A stretch of DNA of 64,000 bases, from contig CBDBMJ010000001.1 of assembly GCA_965207455.1 (NCBI GenBank), forward strand, positions 1,056,001 to 1,120,000, in the 5' to 3' direction. Each line of letters begins with the position of its first letter. Within the stretch, counting starts at the first letter, position 1. Below the pieces are notes generated by a model that worked only from the letters and a program-made list of their open reading frames with translations, was not told the DNA's origin and ran no database searches. Of the stretch, positions 17,048 through 27,827 are shown piece by piece. Source of the DNA: Bdellovibrionota bacterium. GTDB lineage: Bacteria; Bdellovibrionota; UBA1018; CAIPTA01; JAALKR01. Both the position numbers and the translations under genes were made by a program.

Positions 17048-19963
17048 ATGAAGCATGCCCAGAAATTCTCAATATGTGCTTTTATAGTGCTACTCAGTAT
17101 ATCTATAAAACCCCAGCCTAGTAGTGCTGATGCAGATGATGTAATTGAAGGGCTAAACACCTTCACTAATACTGCTCAAGCCTTAGGAAATAGCCTACAG
17201 CAATATAGATTTATAAGCACAAATCCTAGAAGCAACAGGGTATATCAGCTACAAAGCCAAATTAATCAATCTATTAGGAATATGCAAAAAAAATTGAACG
17301 ATGGCCTACTAGCTTGCTTTGAAATACAACAAAACACAATGGAGGAATTTATAGAGGATGAAGAATCTGAGGAATTTGAAAGTGTATTTGGCGAGGATGA
17401 GAAGCTTAGCAATGACAAGCAATACATAAAATGTAAAGAACCCGATGACTCTTTTCAAGACAAAGCAAATGGTACAGTAACCTGTGAGAATGCTATTGAG
17501 CAACAGGAAGCACTTGACGAAATACTTACATCTCAAAGATGTAAAAGGGATCATATTCGAAACACAAAAAACGCTCTCTCCTGTATTACAAACATTAATC
17601 AAACGCTTAAAGATGCCTCTGAGAAGCTAAAAGATTTAGTGATTGAACAAAAAAATTCTCAAAAGCAACTAATGGAAGAATACGATTCTGCAATAAAGGA
17701 ACAGACAGAAACAGCAGAGAATTTAGATAAAGAAATAAATGACAAAGATAATGGTCATAAAGCTAGGCTGGCAGATCTGGAAAATCTATATGAAAACTTG
17801 GATAAAGCCCTAACCACCTTTGGAGGTGCAGCGGACCGACCTGTGATTGATGGGGATGAGGATAAGATAACTCTCTATGGTGCCCTTCAGGATCGTTTAG
17901 CACACCTGGAGACAACAGAAGTAACAAATGTTGCTCAAACTTGGCACAACAGCATATCGTCAAGAATTCAAGGTTGTATTAAGGGAGCGCCTAATGATTG
18001 CACCAAAAATAGTACTATAGCAATAGGAGCTGTTGAATGTCTTCGTTCCCAAATTAGAGTGAGTGAGAAAAGCCCTGGTGATACGGCAAGAAATGAAAAT
18101 AATTTTTCGGTTTTAAAGAAAATATTTGATTCTACAGATTCTTTTCTAAATAAAGAATATAGTGGCAGTATAAGTAATAGTGATGCTAGAAATGCAAAAA
18201 ATGTAGCTCAATCAATTAAAGCAACTGTAATTCAATGGGGTAATATCTTCGACGATAGATTTTTTGATTATAAAAAGGAATTTCGAGGAGGAAATAGAGC
18301 AAAATTTAGTGACATAAGAAAGAACTTCCATAGGCATTTAAGTTCATGCCGAGATTCTGCACTAAAAGCTTTTGAGTCTGACTTAAATTCAAACAATACT
18401 TCAACCACTCCTCGACTTAAAAAACCCCCTACAGATCCTCGACAAGTTTCTAATGACCCCGATGATTACATTCAGGTTTCAGCAAATCCCATAAGGGCCT
18501 CACTGGAGAATTTGAGAAGAAAGCGCTGGAACCTCAATTCAGATATACAAAGTTGGAATTCCGTTCTAACAAGACAAATGCAAAACTTTCAGACTCAATT
18601 CACTAAAAGGGAAGATAATAGCTTGTTTAAAAAGAATGAAGAATGTAGACGAGTATCAGCGAAAGAAAGAAATAACCCAAGAAAATCATTGGACTGCTTG
18701 CTGAAATTCCGAAAAATATTAAAAGATGGTATTCAGGGTGGTACAGGTAGATCTATTACTAATATTAAGACACCCTATATATCCAAAGCTTCACCTTCTG
18801 GTCTTAATGTACAATACAGAAACCAAAGCTGTGATAGCTTTCGTAAATGTGTAAACCTAATGGAAAAAGCTAGAGATGCTCACAGTACACTATCCAAAAC
18901 TCTGGAGAAAAATAAAAAATCAGATGAAGCCGTCTATAAAAATATTATAAATGGTTCTATTTCTCAAATAGACGGTGCCATTAAAGCCGTTTTTAATGAT
19001 ACTTCGGGCAGTAAACCTTATATAGACGGATTAAATCGAATGCTTGGAGAAGTTGGTATCTCATCTATAAATTTCGGTTCAATGAAAGATATAAAAGCAA
19101 CCCTAATGATTGCTGCTAACTATGATGACGAAAAAATCCTTGAAAGTATCCCTGCCAGTGGCGACAATATTGAAGAGATAAAGGATGCACTCGACGAGGA
19201 GTTAGATGGTAAAGATGGAATAAAAAGAAAAATAAGAAATTACTCTAAACTGCTTTCAACAGCTAATGAAGCTGTTACAAAATGCAGTATTGACCCTGAG
19301 GAATACGAAAAGACCTTCAAAAACTTCTCCTGCGGTAAGAATTATGATACCCCCTCAGAAGAAAGTCTGTGTAATAAAAATAATATCGAAAACGCATTAA
19401 GGGAACTTGAAAGACTTGCCAAGAAAGCCTCCTCAGAAGTACAACTAAATGGAGGAAGATATTGGCGTCAATCACGTCAAGAAAAGAGAAAAGGATCTGT
19501 TCTGAGCGAATGTAAAGAGAAATTGGAAAAAGAGAATGACGATAATGAAAATGAAAAAATAGACATTACTGCAGAAATAGAAGAGATGGAAAATACATTA
19601 AATGCTTCAACAGAAGAGACAAAAAATACAGATAAAGCATCTATAAAGGCAAAACTGGAAAGGCTGAAGAAAAAACTGGAAAGAATAGATAATGATTTAA
19701 ACCAAGAACAACAAGAGACTGGCTGCTGGAATAAAGTAATGAATGTAATCTATGATGGGCAAGCAGAAGCTAGAGAAAGTGATAAAGAAAAATTAAAGAT
19801 TTCTACTAAAATTTTAGAAGACATAATTACAGGATGCAAAGACAAAAAGGAACTCAATCTTGAAAAGGCATGCGATGGGATCGGGAAATTGAAGACGGAA
19901 GAGAAGAAAAAAACGAAAAATAAAAGTTCTGGATCAGGCACATTCGGTGCACCTAGTAGCTAG
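17048..19963 (+). CDS. Large exported coiled-coil, Cys-rich hypothetical protein
   Basis: 971-aa ORF with a signal peptide (ending SSA-DA), heptad-like charged segments and dispersed Cys. Confidence 0.75.
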   Translation: MKHAQKFSICAFIVLLSISIKPQPSSADADDVIEGLNTFTNTAQALGNSLQQYRFISTNPRSNRVYQLQSQINQSIRNMQKKLNDGLLACFEIQQNTMEEFIEDEESEEFESVFGEDEKLSNDKQYIKCKEPDDSFQDKANGTVTCENAIEQQEALDEILTSQRCKRDHIRNTKNALSCITNINQTLKDASEKLKDLVIEQKNSQKQLMEEYDSAIKEQTETAENLDKEINDKDNGHKARLADLENLYENLDKALTTFGGAADRPVIDGDEDKITLYGALQDRLAHLETTEVTNVAQTWHNSISSRIQGCIKGAPNDCTKNSTIAIGAVECLRSQIRVSEKSPGDTARNENNFSVLKKIFDSTDSFLNKEYSGSISNSDARNAKNVAQSIKATVIQWGNIFDDRFFDYKKEFRGGNRAKFSDIRKNFHRHLSSCRDSALKAFESDLNSNNTSTTPRLKKPPTDPRQVSNDPDDYIQVSANPIRASLENLRRKRWNLNSDIQSWNSVLTRQMQNFQTQFTKREDNSLFKKNEECRRVSAKERNNPRKSLDCLLKFRKILKDGIQGGTGRSITNIKTPYISKASPSGLNVQYRNQSCDSFRKCVNLMEKARDAHSTLSKTLEKNKKSDEAVYKNIINGSISQIDGAIKAVFNDTSGSKPYIDGLNRMLGEVGISSINFGSMKDIKATLMIAANYDDEKILESIPASGDNIEEIKDALDEELDGKDGIKRKIRNYSKLLSTANEAVTKCSIDPEEYEKTFKNFSCGKNYDTPSEESLCNKNNIENALRELERLAKKASSEVQLNGGRYWRQSRQEKRKGSVLSECKEKLEKENDDNENEKIDITAEIEEMENTLNASTEETKNTDKASIKAKLERLKKKLERIDNDLNQEQQETGCWNKVMNVIYDGQAEARESDKEKLKISTKILEDIITGCKDKKELNLEKACDGIGKLKTEEKKKTKNKSSGSGTFGAPSS

Positions 19964-20044
19964 GATAGTCTCGCTACACTTTGATTTTTACTGGACAGGA
20001 CACAAGAGAATATGCTATTTCACTCTTAATAAATAAGGAGGGAA

Positions 20045-20434
20045 ATGAATATGAAAATGATGGCAAATATGACTCATATGGTTATTAAAACTGCGGCGAT
20101 GGAAGAAACAAGAAAGTTTTGGGAGTCTGTTTTATTATGTAAAAATGGAGCAGCAGATGAAGAGAACTATCTCCGTTATGATGTTGGATCTTTTACAGTA
20201 ATGTTTGACGAAAGCAAGAAGGCAGAACGAAATCTACTCCATGTAATTGGACATGTAGGTTTTGAATTTGAGAGTAAGAGCCATATTGACTCTGAATTTG
20301 AAAGAATTTCTCAACTTGTTAGTGGAATAAAGAAACCTATCGGGGGTATGAAACAGGGTCCCTACCGATTTTATATCGACGATCCAAATGGAATTAAAAT
20401 TGAATTTGAAACCTGGGAAGGATCTTCGGATTAA
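20045..20434 (+). CDS. VOC/glyoxalase family protein
   Basis: HMVI...FWESVL, HVGF, FYIDDPNGIKIEF. SD AAGGAGG. Confidence 0.85.
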   Translation: MNMKMMANMTHMVIKTAAMEETRKFWESVLLCKNGAADEENYLRYDVGSFTVMFDESKKAERNLLHVIGHVGFEFESKSHIDSEFERISQLVSGIKKPIGGMKQGPYRFYIDDPNGIKIEFETWEGSSD

Positions 20435-20719
20435 CTGTAGATATGCTAGTGTAACGACCAAGAAAAACTGCCAGCGTATAACGAATCAACATATCTTGAA
20501 TCATCGCATCAAAACTGGGTTTTCATTGTCTTAAAGCCTCCATAAAACAGTAAAGACTGATTTTTTTGAATGGTTTTGGCTACCTGCAACTACTGAAAAA
20601 ATAGCTAGCATCGAACACAGCCATCATAGAACAGCGTCTATACTCATCGTTATTTTTTTCTTTACCAATACTTCCTATTCCCTTAATATTGCGCAAGATA
20701 ATAATAGAAAGGAAACTTA

Positions 20720-21931
20720 GTGTTACTAAAGCTATTAAAGTACCCAAGCATTTCTTTATTGCTATACGCAGGAATCCTGCTTAGCTCTGCAAATGCATTG
20801 GCTTCATATGATCTGGAGCATCGTGATCCTTTATTCACCACCATACCAGTAGAAGACGAAATACTAGACTATAGCCAACACAAAGAAATTAAGTTTTGGC
20901 TGGACGAAATGGCTAAGAAGTATGAGGAGTCCCATGGTTTTTCCCAAGAATTCCTATACCAAATTTTTTCTAAAGTACGATTTCAAAAAAAGGCTCTACT
21001 GCTAAATAATCCTGCTTTAAAAAAACAAGAACCTCCAAACAACAATACTCATCCTAAGATAGATGATCCTCCTGTAAAAGAAGAAAAAGAACTTACAAAA
21101 AAGGACTTGAGTTGGAGAAAATACCGTAAAGCTCATCTGGGTTCTTTTATAATAAAAAAGGGCTTAGAGTTTTTTGAAGAACATAAAGTTCTACTTGCTG
21201 AAGTGGAAGAAAAATATGGTGTTCCTGGCTCCATTGTTGTGAGCACCATAGGGGTTGAAACAAAATATGGCCTCTATATAGGTAAATTCCCTGTTTTTCA
21301 CACTCTTGCTTCCCTTGCGTTTAAATTCCATGAAAAACAACGACGAATTGCCTTTTTCAATAAAGAGTTAGAACACTTTCTACTATTATCTCAAGAACAA
21401 AATTGGTGTGCAACAGACTCTCCCGATGAATGGCTTCTTTGCATCGATGAAAGAAAAGGTTCCTATTCAGGAGCCATGGGAATACCCCAGTTTTTACCCT
21501 CTAGTTATCGAGATTTTGCTGTGGACGCTGACGAAGATGGGAAAATAGACCTATGGTCTAGTCTTGCTGATATTTTTTATAGTGTTGCCAACTATTACGA
21601 AAAACATAATTGGCAAAAACAAATGCCTGTGGGTTACTGGGTTCAAGTAAACGGAGAGGGCTATAAAGACTTACTAAAAGCACAGAAGAAGTCGAAACTC
21701 CTACCGGAAATTACCTATGAAACCTTCTTAGATAAAGAAATATCTATCCCTGATTTTCCAGAGGAATATTACGAAATGCCCCTTTCTTTTTTTGAATTTC
21801 CCATGCATTTTCCAAATGAAAGTAATGGCTACTGGGCAGGGTTATATAACTTTTATGTTATTACCCGATACAATCACAGCTCTTTTTATGCTATGAGTAT
21901 TTACCTCCTTTCTCAGGAGTTCCTTCTTTAA
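20720..21931 (+). CDS. mltB: Lytic murein transglycosylase B
   Basis: YGVPGSIVVSTIGVETKYG, GSYSGAMGIPQFLPSSY, SVANY, NFYVITRYNHS. Confidence 0.92.
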   Translation: MLLKLLKYPSISLLLYAGILLSSANALASYDLEHRDPLFTTIPVEDEILDYSQHKEIKFWLDEMAKKYEESHGFSQEFLYQIFSKVRFQKKALLLNNPALKKQEPPNNNTHPKIDDPPVKEEKELTKKDLSWRKYRKAHLGSFIIKKGLEFFEEHKVLLAEVEEKYGVPGSIVVSTIGVETKYGLYIGKFPVFHTLASLAFKFHEKQRRIAFFNKELEHFLLLSQEQNWCATDSPDEWLLCIDERKGSYSGAMGIPQFLPSSYRDFAVDADEDGKIDLWSSLADIFYSVANYYEKHNWQKQMPVGYWVQVNGEGYKDLLKAQKKSKLLPEITYETFLDKEISIPDFPEEYYEMPLSFFEFPMHFPNESNGYWAGLYNFYVITRYNHSSFYAMSIYLLSQEFLL

Positions 21932-22015
21932 AGAATTCAGAAAACATTTGAAAAAAAACTCAAATAGTTGTACCCTTTTAATCACAAATGAGGTCTAGTA
22001 AAGATTAGGATAGAA

Positions 22016-22798
22016 ATGGTAAAAATAAAAAAAATTGTAGCTCCGCTTATTCTCATAAATCTTATTTGCCTATCCATGCCATACACTTATGGAAAGAACA
22101 AAGAAAACACTTCTTTTTCTAGCGGAGAAAACAAAGTGCACCTTTTGGAACTCTTTAGCACACAAAGCTGTAGCAGTTGCCCACCAGCACAAGTCCAGGT
22201 TTCTAAATTAAAAAATAATACTAAAATCTGGACCCACTTTGTCCCCATCGTATGGCATGTGGACTACTGGGACCATTTGGGCTGGAAGGATCCTTTCTCC
22301 AATCCAAAGTATACCAAGAGGCAACGTGCCTACAGTTCCAAATGGGGAACCCGTAACATATACACGCCTATGTTTGTTCTCAACGGAAAGGACGAGAAAA
22401 AACGAAAATCTATATTAACAAAAGTTCTGGAATTGAAAAGCAAGGCAAAGCCGGGCAACCTTACCATCAAGCAAACAAAAAAAAATACCTTTACAGTAGA
22501 GTTTGAATCATTACAAAAACTAGAAAAACTAAAAATCCATGGCGCTATTATAGGCAGTGGAATAGAAACAAAAGTAACTCGCGGAGAAAATTCTGGCAGT
22601 ACATTAAAGCATGACTTTTTAGTCTTGGAATCTAAATCTTCCCTGCTATCAAAGAAAGGGAAAAAGCACATAGGAAAAATAACTTTCCCTCCATACTCTT
22701 CAAAAAAAATAAAAAAAGAATGGGAGAAACGCGTAGTTTTCTGGATCACTCAAAAAAATAGTCTTGAACCAATACAGGTGGCAAGTGGAAGCCTTTAA
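22016..22798 (+). CDS. DUF1223-like exported thioredoxin-fold protein
   Basis: LELFSTQSCSSCPPA, HVDYWDHLGWKDPF, YTP, GENSG..LKH. Confidence 0.85.
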   Translation: MVKIKKIVAPLILINLICLSMPYTYGKNKENTSFSSGENKVHLLELFSTQSCSSCPPAQVQVSKLKNNTKIWTHFVPIVWHVDYWDHLGWKDPFSNPKYTKRQRAYSSKWGTRNIYTPMFVLNGKDEKKRKSILTKVLELKSKAKPGNLTIKQTKKNTFTVEFESLQKLEKLKIHGAIIGSGIETKVTRGENSGSTLKHDFLVLESKSSLLSKKGKKHIGKITFPPYSSKKIKKEWEKRVVFWITQKNSLEPIQVASGSL

Positions 22799-23273
22799 TT
22801 CCTTCAAAGAAAATTATTTCTCACCCACAGTTAATTTTTTTTCCTGTCCTCACACTTGGGTTCGCTCTTGTAAAAATACATTTGTCTGCCTCATCGGCTG
22901 TAGTATTGGTGACTTTGGAACAATTATATATTTTCAACTCAATCATCCTTCCGTTCCATTACTTCACATTATCCCTCTTGCCATGGCAATGGGACTACTC
23001 ACATCCATTATCCTAGAAAGCATCATTTTAAAAATTAGAGAAAAATTCTCTTGGCAGCAAAGCGTGAGAACAGCCTTTTCCATGAGCTTTCTCTCCATGC
23101 TAGCCATGGAAACGGCAGAGAATGCAACCGACCTCTTGCTAACAGGAGGCACAGTGCCCCTATCCGAACCCTTCTATTGGATAGCACTATTCATTTCTCT
23201 ACTAATGGGCTTTCTTGTTCCCCTACCCTATAATTATTGGAAATTAAAAAAGTACGGAAAATCCTGTCATTAA
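22785..23273 (+). CDS. DUF4396-like membrane protein
   Basis: CLIGCSIGD, SMLAMETAEN, PYNYWKLKKYGKSCH. GTG 22785 preferred over TTG 22764. Confidence 0.75.
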   Translation: MEAFNSFKENYFSPTVNFFSCPHTWVRSCKNTFVCLIGCSIGDFGTIIYFQLNHPSVPLLHIIPLAMAMGLLTSIILESIILKIREKFSWQQSVRTAFSMSFLSMLAMETAENATDLLLTGGTVPLSEPFYWIALFISLLMGFLVPLPYNYWKLKKYGKSCH

Positions 23274-23279
23274 AATGAT

Positions 23280-24391
23280 TTATTTTCCCAATGGACAAGG
23301 AAGGGAACTTGTTTCTTGCTTGCCAAAAAATCTATGGCGATTTCTTTCCACTACAGTATATAAGTAATCCCGCCAACTCTTGGGTATCCATAACAAAATG
23401 CTACCCATGATAGACCATATACCTCCCAAGGAATTTAAAATCTTCAAAACTGCGGTGGAATGGCTATAAGTATCCTCTCCCTTTTTAAATACAACACTCA
23501 CAAATTCAACTTCTTTGGCTAGATTTATGGCACTTGTTTGATTTTGCAAACTATCTATTTGAATTTGTCTCTCGCTGTCTTCCTCTATAATGAATCGAGC
23601 AAAGCTGCAACAAAGAACACAGGAGGAGTCTATGTAAACAGTTTGCCTGTCTGTAGGTTTCTCTGTGGATTTTTCTGTGGGTTTTTCTGGGCTGTTAGAA
23701 AAATGTAAACAAAAGAAATGAACGGATAGCAATAAAAACCATGTCAATACTCCATACACCGGCGGAGGAAAAAATACTAGAAGAAAACATAAAGCGTACC
23801 AAGAAAATAAACGTGTTTTCTTCCATGCCAACAAAGGAAGATAAAAAACATAAGGAAGAGACTGGAACCATGGAAACTGCGCTTCTCCCCTATTAGTGAA
23901 AAATGATTGCAGGCCAAATAAAAAAATGTAAATAGCAAATACACCCGTAATGAAAATATAAACCATGGAGGGCAAGCGCCATTTTTGAAATCTATACCTG
24001 GGAATCATGGAAAATGGTTCTCCACTGGGCACAAAAGCCATGGCTAGTAAAATAAAAAAAGCAATGCTACTTATGGATAGGCCGCCAATGGGGACCATAT
24101 CTACTATAGCAGCAAATATATAAGCTAAAAATATGGCTATCCATCGCCTATAAATACCCATTGCAAGAAAAAAAGATAATACGGAATTGAGAAATAAAAA
24201 ATATCGCATTGCTTGTGTGTGAGGAATATAATGAAAAATATTATAAATACCTAGCTTGTCGAAAGGAATACCACTTGCCTGCAAGTCCACACTTAACCTA
24301 GGTGAATAGACATAAGCAAAGGAAAAAAATAGGCTTAGAAAAAAACCAAAAAAAAACGAAATATGGCAAACTGGTGCGGAGAATAAACCAT
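23280..24391 (-). pseudogene. HTTM-like membrane domain plus DCC1-like thiol-disulfide oxidoreductase, frameshifted in an A9 tract
   Basis: C-terminal IDSSCVLC...RDYLYTVVERNRHRFFG (DCC1/DUF393). ATG 24391 (overlapping the ggt stop) gives MVYSPHQFAIFRFF, which joins the 24290 ORF only if one base is added at 24348-24356. Confidence 0.7.
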
Positions 24392-26127
24392 TAGTTTCCT
24401 AGACTTAACCCCTCTCCCCTAGGATCAGCCACACCATGGAGCATCCCGCCCTCTCTTGCAATACCATTCACACGACAATTTAAATTTTGTGTACGAACTG
24501 AGTGCCCCATTGCTGTTAGTTCATCTGTTAAGGAGGAAGAAAGACCCGGTTCATCTACCCGTATCTCGTCCGGTATCCATTGGTGGTGAATACGAATATT
24601 TGCAATGGAATCAAACAGTGGTTTCTCATACGCAATATAGTTAAGAATAACTTGAGCCACACAGGAAATAATTTTTGTTCCAGCGGGAGAACCCAGTGCT
24701 AGTTTGGGACCCTTGTCGTCGAAAAGAATAGTGGGAGACATACTACTCAAGGGACGTTTTTTTGGCTGAATGGCGTTGTTCTTATTCCCCAAAGCACCAA
24801 AAATATTAGGCACTCCCGGTTTTGCGGAAAAATCGTCCATTTCATTGTTAAGTAAAAACCCCGCACCATCAACCACTACACCAGAACCCATATAATAATT
24901 AACAGTTTGCGTGGAACTTACTGTATTCCCTTTTTTATCCATAACCGTAAAGTGCACAGTTTCATCCGATTCATAGGGCTGATTCCATGGCCAAGGAGAC
25001 CCCGGTTTTACATTTTTTGATGGAATGGCCCTTTCACTAGCATTAATTTGCCTGCGAATGCTCCTGGCATATCCCTTGGATGAAAGCCCCACGAGAGGAA
25101 CTTTTACAAAATCAGAATCTCCCAAGTACTCTGCCCGATCCGCAAAAGCACGCTGCATGGCTGAAGCTATCCAATGTATGGATTCCTTAGAATAACTATC
25201 TTTCACAATGGGCTCCAGTGTATTTAAAATTTGCAGTACATGGATACCACCAGAGCTAGGAGGTGGCATGGAAGCTACTCGGTAACCACGAAAACTTCCC
25301 CAAACAGGATTGCGGTACTTTACAGAATACTGATCCAGGTCGGATTGACGAATAAGACCTTTATATTTTTTTTGAGACTGTATAATAGCTTTGGCTACAG
25401 GACCCTTATAAAATCCAGCTTTTCCAAGTTTTGCTATACGACGCAGTGTCTTAGCTAAATCCTTTTGCACCAACCAATCCCCCTCTTTTAACGGTTTTCC
25501 ATCTTTAAAAAAGATTTTTTTGGAAGCAGGATACTTGGCAAGCAAATCCTTACGAAAATCAATGGACTTGGCTAGGTGGGGATATACCCTAAATCCTGTT
25601 TCCGCTAAGTCTATGGCTGGCTGTATTATTTGGGATAATTTTAGCTTCCCATACTTTTTGTGCACGTCCACTAGGCCTGCCACTATACCAGGCACTCCTG
25701 CGCTCAATATGCCGTCTTGGGAGAGCTTAGGAATCACATTGCCCTGCTTATCCAAGTACATATCCTTGCCCGCTAAGCCTGGGGCTTGCTCTCGAAAATC
25801 CACTGCCAAGGTTTTCTTCTTTTCAGAGAGGTGAATGAGCATAAAGCCTCCCCCTCCAAGGCCCGTAGATTGGGGGCGTTCAACGGAAATGGCAAAAGAG
25901 ATGGCTATGGCTGCATCTATGGCATTTCCTCCAAGATCAAACATTTTCGTACCTGCTTTTGTGGCAGCTCCTCCCTGGGTGGTAATCATATAGTTACTCC
26001 CATACGCCTCTGCCAGTGAACGTTTTAATCCCTTTCGAAAAGTCGCATGGTGTTGATTCTGTGTTGCCACTGAATGGGCACAGCTAGTGAGAAAAAGAAT
26101 TAAGAAAATGGTATACCGATAGTTCAT
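24391..26127 (-). CDS. ggt: Gamma-glutamyltransferase (lipoprotein-type signal)
   Basis: GGNAIDAA, GLGGGGF, PPPSSGG, ETVHFTV (catalytic Thr), LNNEMDDFS, RPLSSMSPT, DPR. Confidence 0.95.
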   Translation of the reverse strand: MNYRYTIFLILFLTSCAHSVATQNQHHATFRKGLKRSLAEAYGSNYMITTQGGAATKAGTKMFDLGGNAIDAAIAISFAISVERPQSTGLGGGGFMLIHLSEKKKTLAVDFREQAPGLAGKDMYLDKQGNVIPKLSQDGILSAGVPGIVAGLVDVHKKYGKLKLSQIIQPAIDLAETGFRVYPHLAKSIDFRKDLLAKYPASKKIFFKDGKPLKEGDWLVQKDLAKTLRRIAKLGKAGFYKGPVAKAIIQSQKKYKGLIRQSDLDQYSVKYRNPVWGSFRGYRVASMPPPSSGGIHVLQILNTLEPIVKDSYSKESIHWIASAMQRAFADRAEYLGDSDFVKVPLVGLSSKGYARSIRRQINASERAIPSKNVKPGSPWPWNQPYESDETVHFTVMDKKGNTVSSTQTVNYYMGSGVVVDGAGFLLNNEMDDFSAKPGVPNIFGALGNKNNAIQPKKRPLSSMSPTILFDDKGPKLALGSPAGTKIISCVAQVILNYIAYEKPLFDSIANIRIHHQWIPDEIRVDEPGLSSSLTDELTAMGHSVRTQNLNCRVNGIAREGGMLHGVADPRGEGLSLGN

Positions 26128-26295
26128 GATTAAATTTTACTCCTTTTTTAGATAGTTTTTAGATAGTTTTGTTTTTTTGCATTTTATTCGATAGGATAAC
26201 TTATATCATTTAAATTGGAAACAGATAGATTTTACATAGCAACAGGTAAGCCTTTCCTCTACTCTGCACAAACAGAAAGGAAAAGAATAGGAACA

Positions 26296-27819
26296 ATGCA
26301 AATAACGGCAAAACATAAATCTTTAATTCTACTAAATATTTGGCTCTGTATGGGAATAATTGGTTGTAGCCAAATATCCTTACAGCGTGATCCCAGTGCT
26401 CTTGTGCACTCCGGAAGTAAGAATACGGAGAGATCCATCATTGATCAAAGTATTCTGGAAAATAATAAAAATTTTTCCAAATTAGATTCTAAGTCCAATA
26501 TTGAGGATGAGGCTCCCTTATTTATACCTACGGAAATCAATAACCGTGTAGCATCTTGGATTCATTATTTTACAGTACAAAGGCGAGCTTTAACCATCCG
26601 TTACTTTGAACGCGCCAGTGCTCTTAAGCCTAATATTGAAAAAATATTGGAAGAAAATGACTTGCCCAAAGAATTAATCTACTTAGTGATGATTGAAAGC
26701 GGCTTTGTATTAAAAGCAAGATCTAAGGCTAAAGCAGTGGGCCTATGGCAAATGATTCCCGGAACAGCTAGAAACTATGGATTAACCGTAAATCGCTCTG
26801 TGGATGAGCGAATAAACTGGATTAAATCCACAGAGGCAGCCATTACATACTTAAAAGATTTAAAAAATGTGTTTGGTTCTTGGTACCTTGCCTTTTCTGC
26901 CTATAATGCGGGAGAGTACCGGGTTGTACGATCCATTATGCGAGGAAAAAGCAGAGATTTCTGGGCGTTAGCTGAGGGTAAAATGCTACCCAAAGAAACC
27001 TTAAATTATGTGCCTAAGTTTTTAGCCATGCTTATTATTGGAAAAAATTTAGAAAAATATAATATCCAATTTAAAGAAAGTGAAAAATGGGATATCAATT
27101 ACAAGCAAGTGGAAGTGCCTTCCAGCTTTAAACTCACCAGTTTAGCAAGGATTACAAATGTACCATTAAAAATCCTTCGCCACTGGAATCAAGACCTTTT
27201 AAGGGGAAGAACTCCTTATAGTAGGAACGGCGTAGTGGAAATTTACCTACCAGAGGCTGAGGCTCTAAAGGTGATGAGTCATCGCCAACAATTAGCAAAA
27301 TATATAAAGAAAAAACCCTACCAACGTAGACGAAGAAGCAATAAATCCATGTACTCTATTTACGTAGTAAAAAGTGGCGACACTTTGAGTGGCATTTCTG
27401 GTAGGTTGGGCATTTCATTGCGCACACTCATGAAGATCAATCGTTTAAGAATAAAAAGAAAAATCCATCCCGGGCAACGCCTACGCTACTACCTCACAAA
27501 TTCCCGTTCCATATCCTCCAATGAAATTTATCTAGTGAAAAGAAATGATACATTGGAACATATTGCGCGTAAAAATAAATCCACTGTACGATCTCTGCAA
27601 ATTTTAAATAATATAAGAGGTAGTAAAATCTATGCGGGACAAATACTACGCCTGCCTGCCAGTGCAATCCGTGGTGGGTACCATTTGGTTCTAAATGGAG
27701 AAAATCTTTTCATCATTGCTAGAAGGTATAATGCCACTATTGCTAAATTAAAGAAAATTAATAATTTAACGAACGATAGAATATATCCCGGACAAAAAAT
27801 ATTAATTCAGAAAAAATAG
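26296..27819 (+). CDS. mltD: MltD-like lytic transglycosylase with three LysM domains
   Basis: IESG, AVGLWQMIPGTA, AYNAGE, ETLNYVPK and three C-terminal LysM repeats. Confidence 0.88.
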   Translation: MQITAKHKSLILLNIWLCMGIIGCSQISLQRDPSALVHSGSKNTERSIIDQSILENNKNFSKLDSKSNIEDEAPLFIPTEINNRVASWIHYFTVQRRALTIRYFERASALKPNIEKILEENDLPKELIYLVMIESGFVLKARSKAKAVGLWQMIPGTARNYGLTVNRSVDERINWIKSTEAAITYLKDLKNVFGSWYLAFSAYNAGEYRVVRSIMRGKSRDFWALAEGKMLPKETLNYVPKFLAMLIIGKNLEKYNIQFKESEKWDINYKQVEVPSSFKLTSLARITNVPLKILRHWNQDLLRGRTPYSRNGVVEIYLPEAEALKVMSHRQQLAKYIKKKPYQRRRRSNKSMYSIYVVKSGDTLSGISGRLGISLRTLMKINRLRIKRKIHPGQRLRYYLTNSRSISSNEIYLVKRNDTLEHIARKNKSTVRSLQILNNIRGSKIYAGQILRLPASAIRGGYHLVLNGENLFIIARRYNATIAKLKKINNLTNDRIYPGQKILIQKK

Positions 27820-27827
27820 GATATACT

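Noticed and set aside
23654..23690. 12-bp-period repeat encoding PEKPTEKSTEKPT
   Set aside because: Short degenerate linker repeat between domains, unremarkable.
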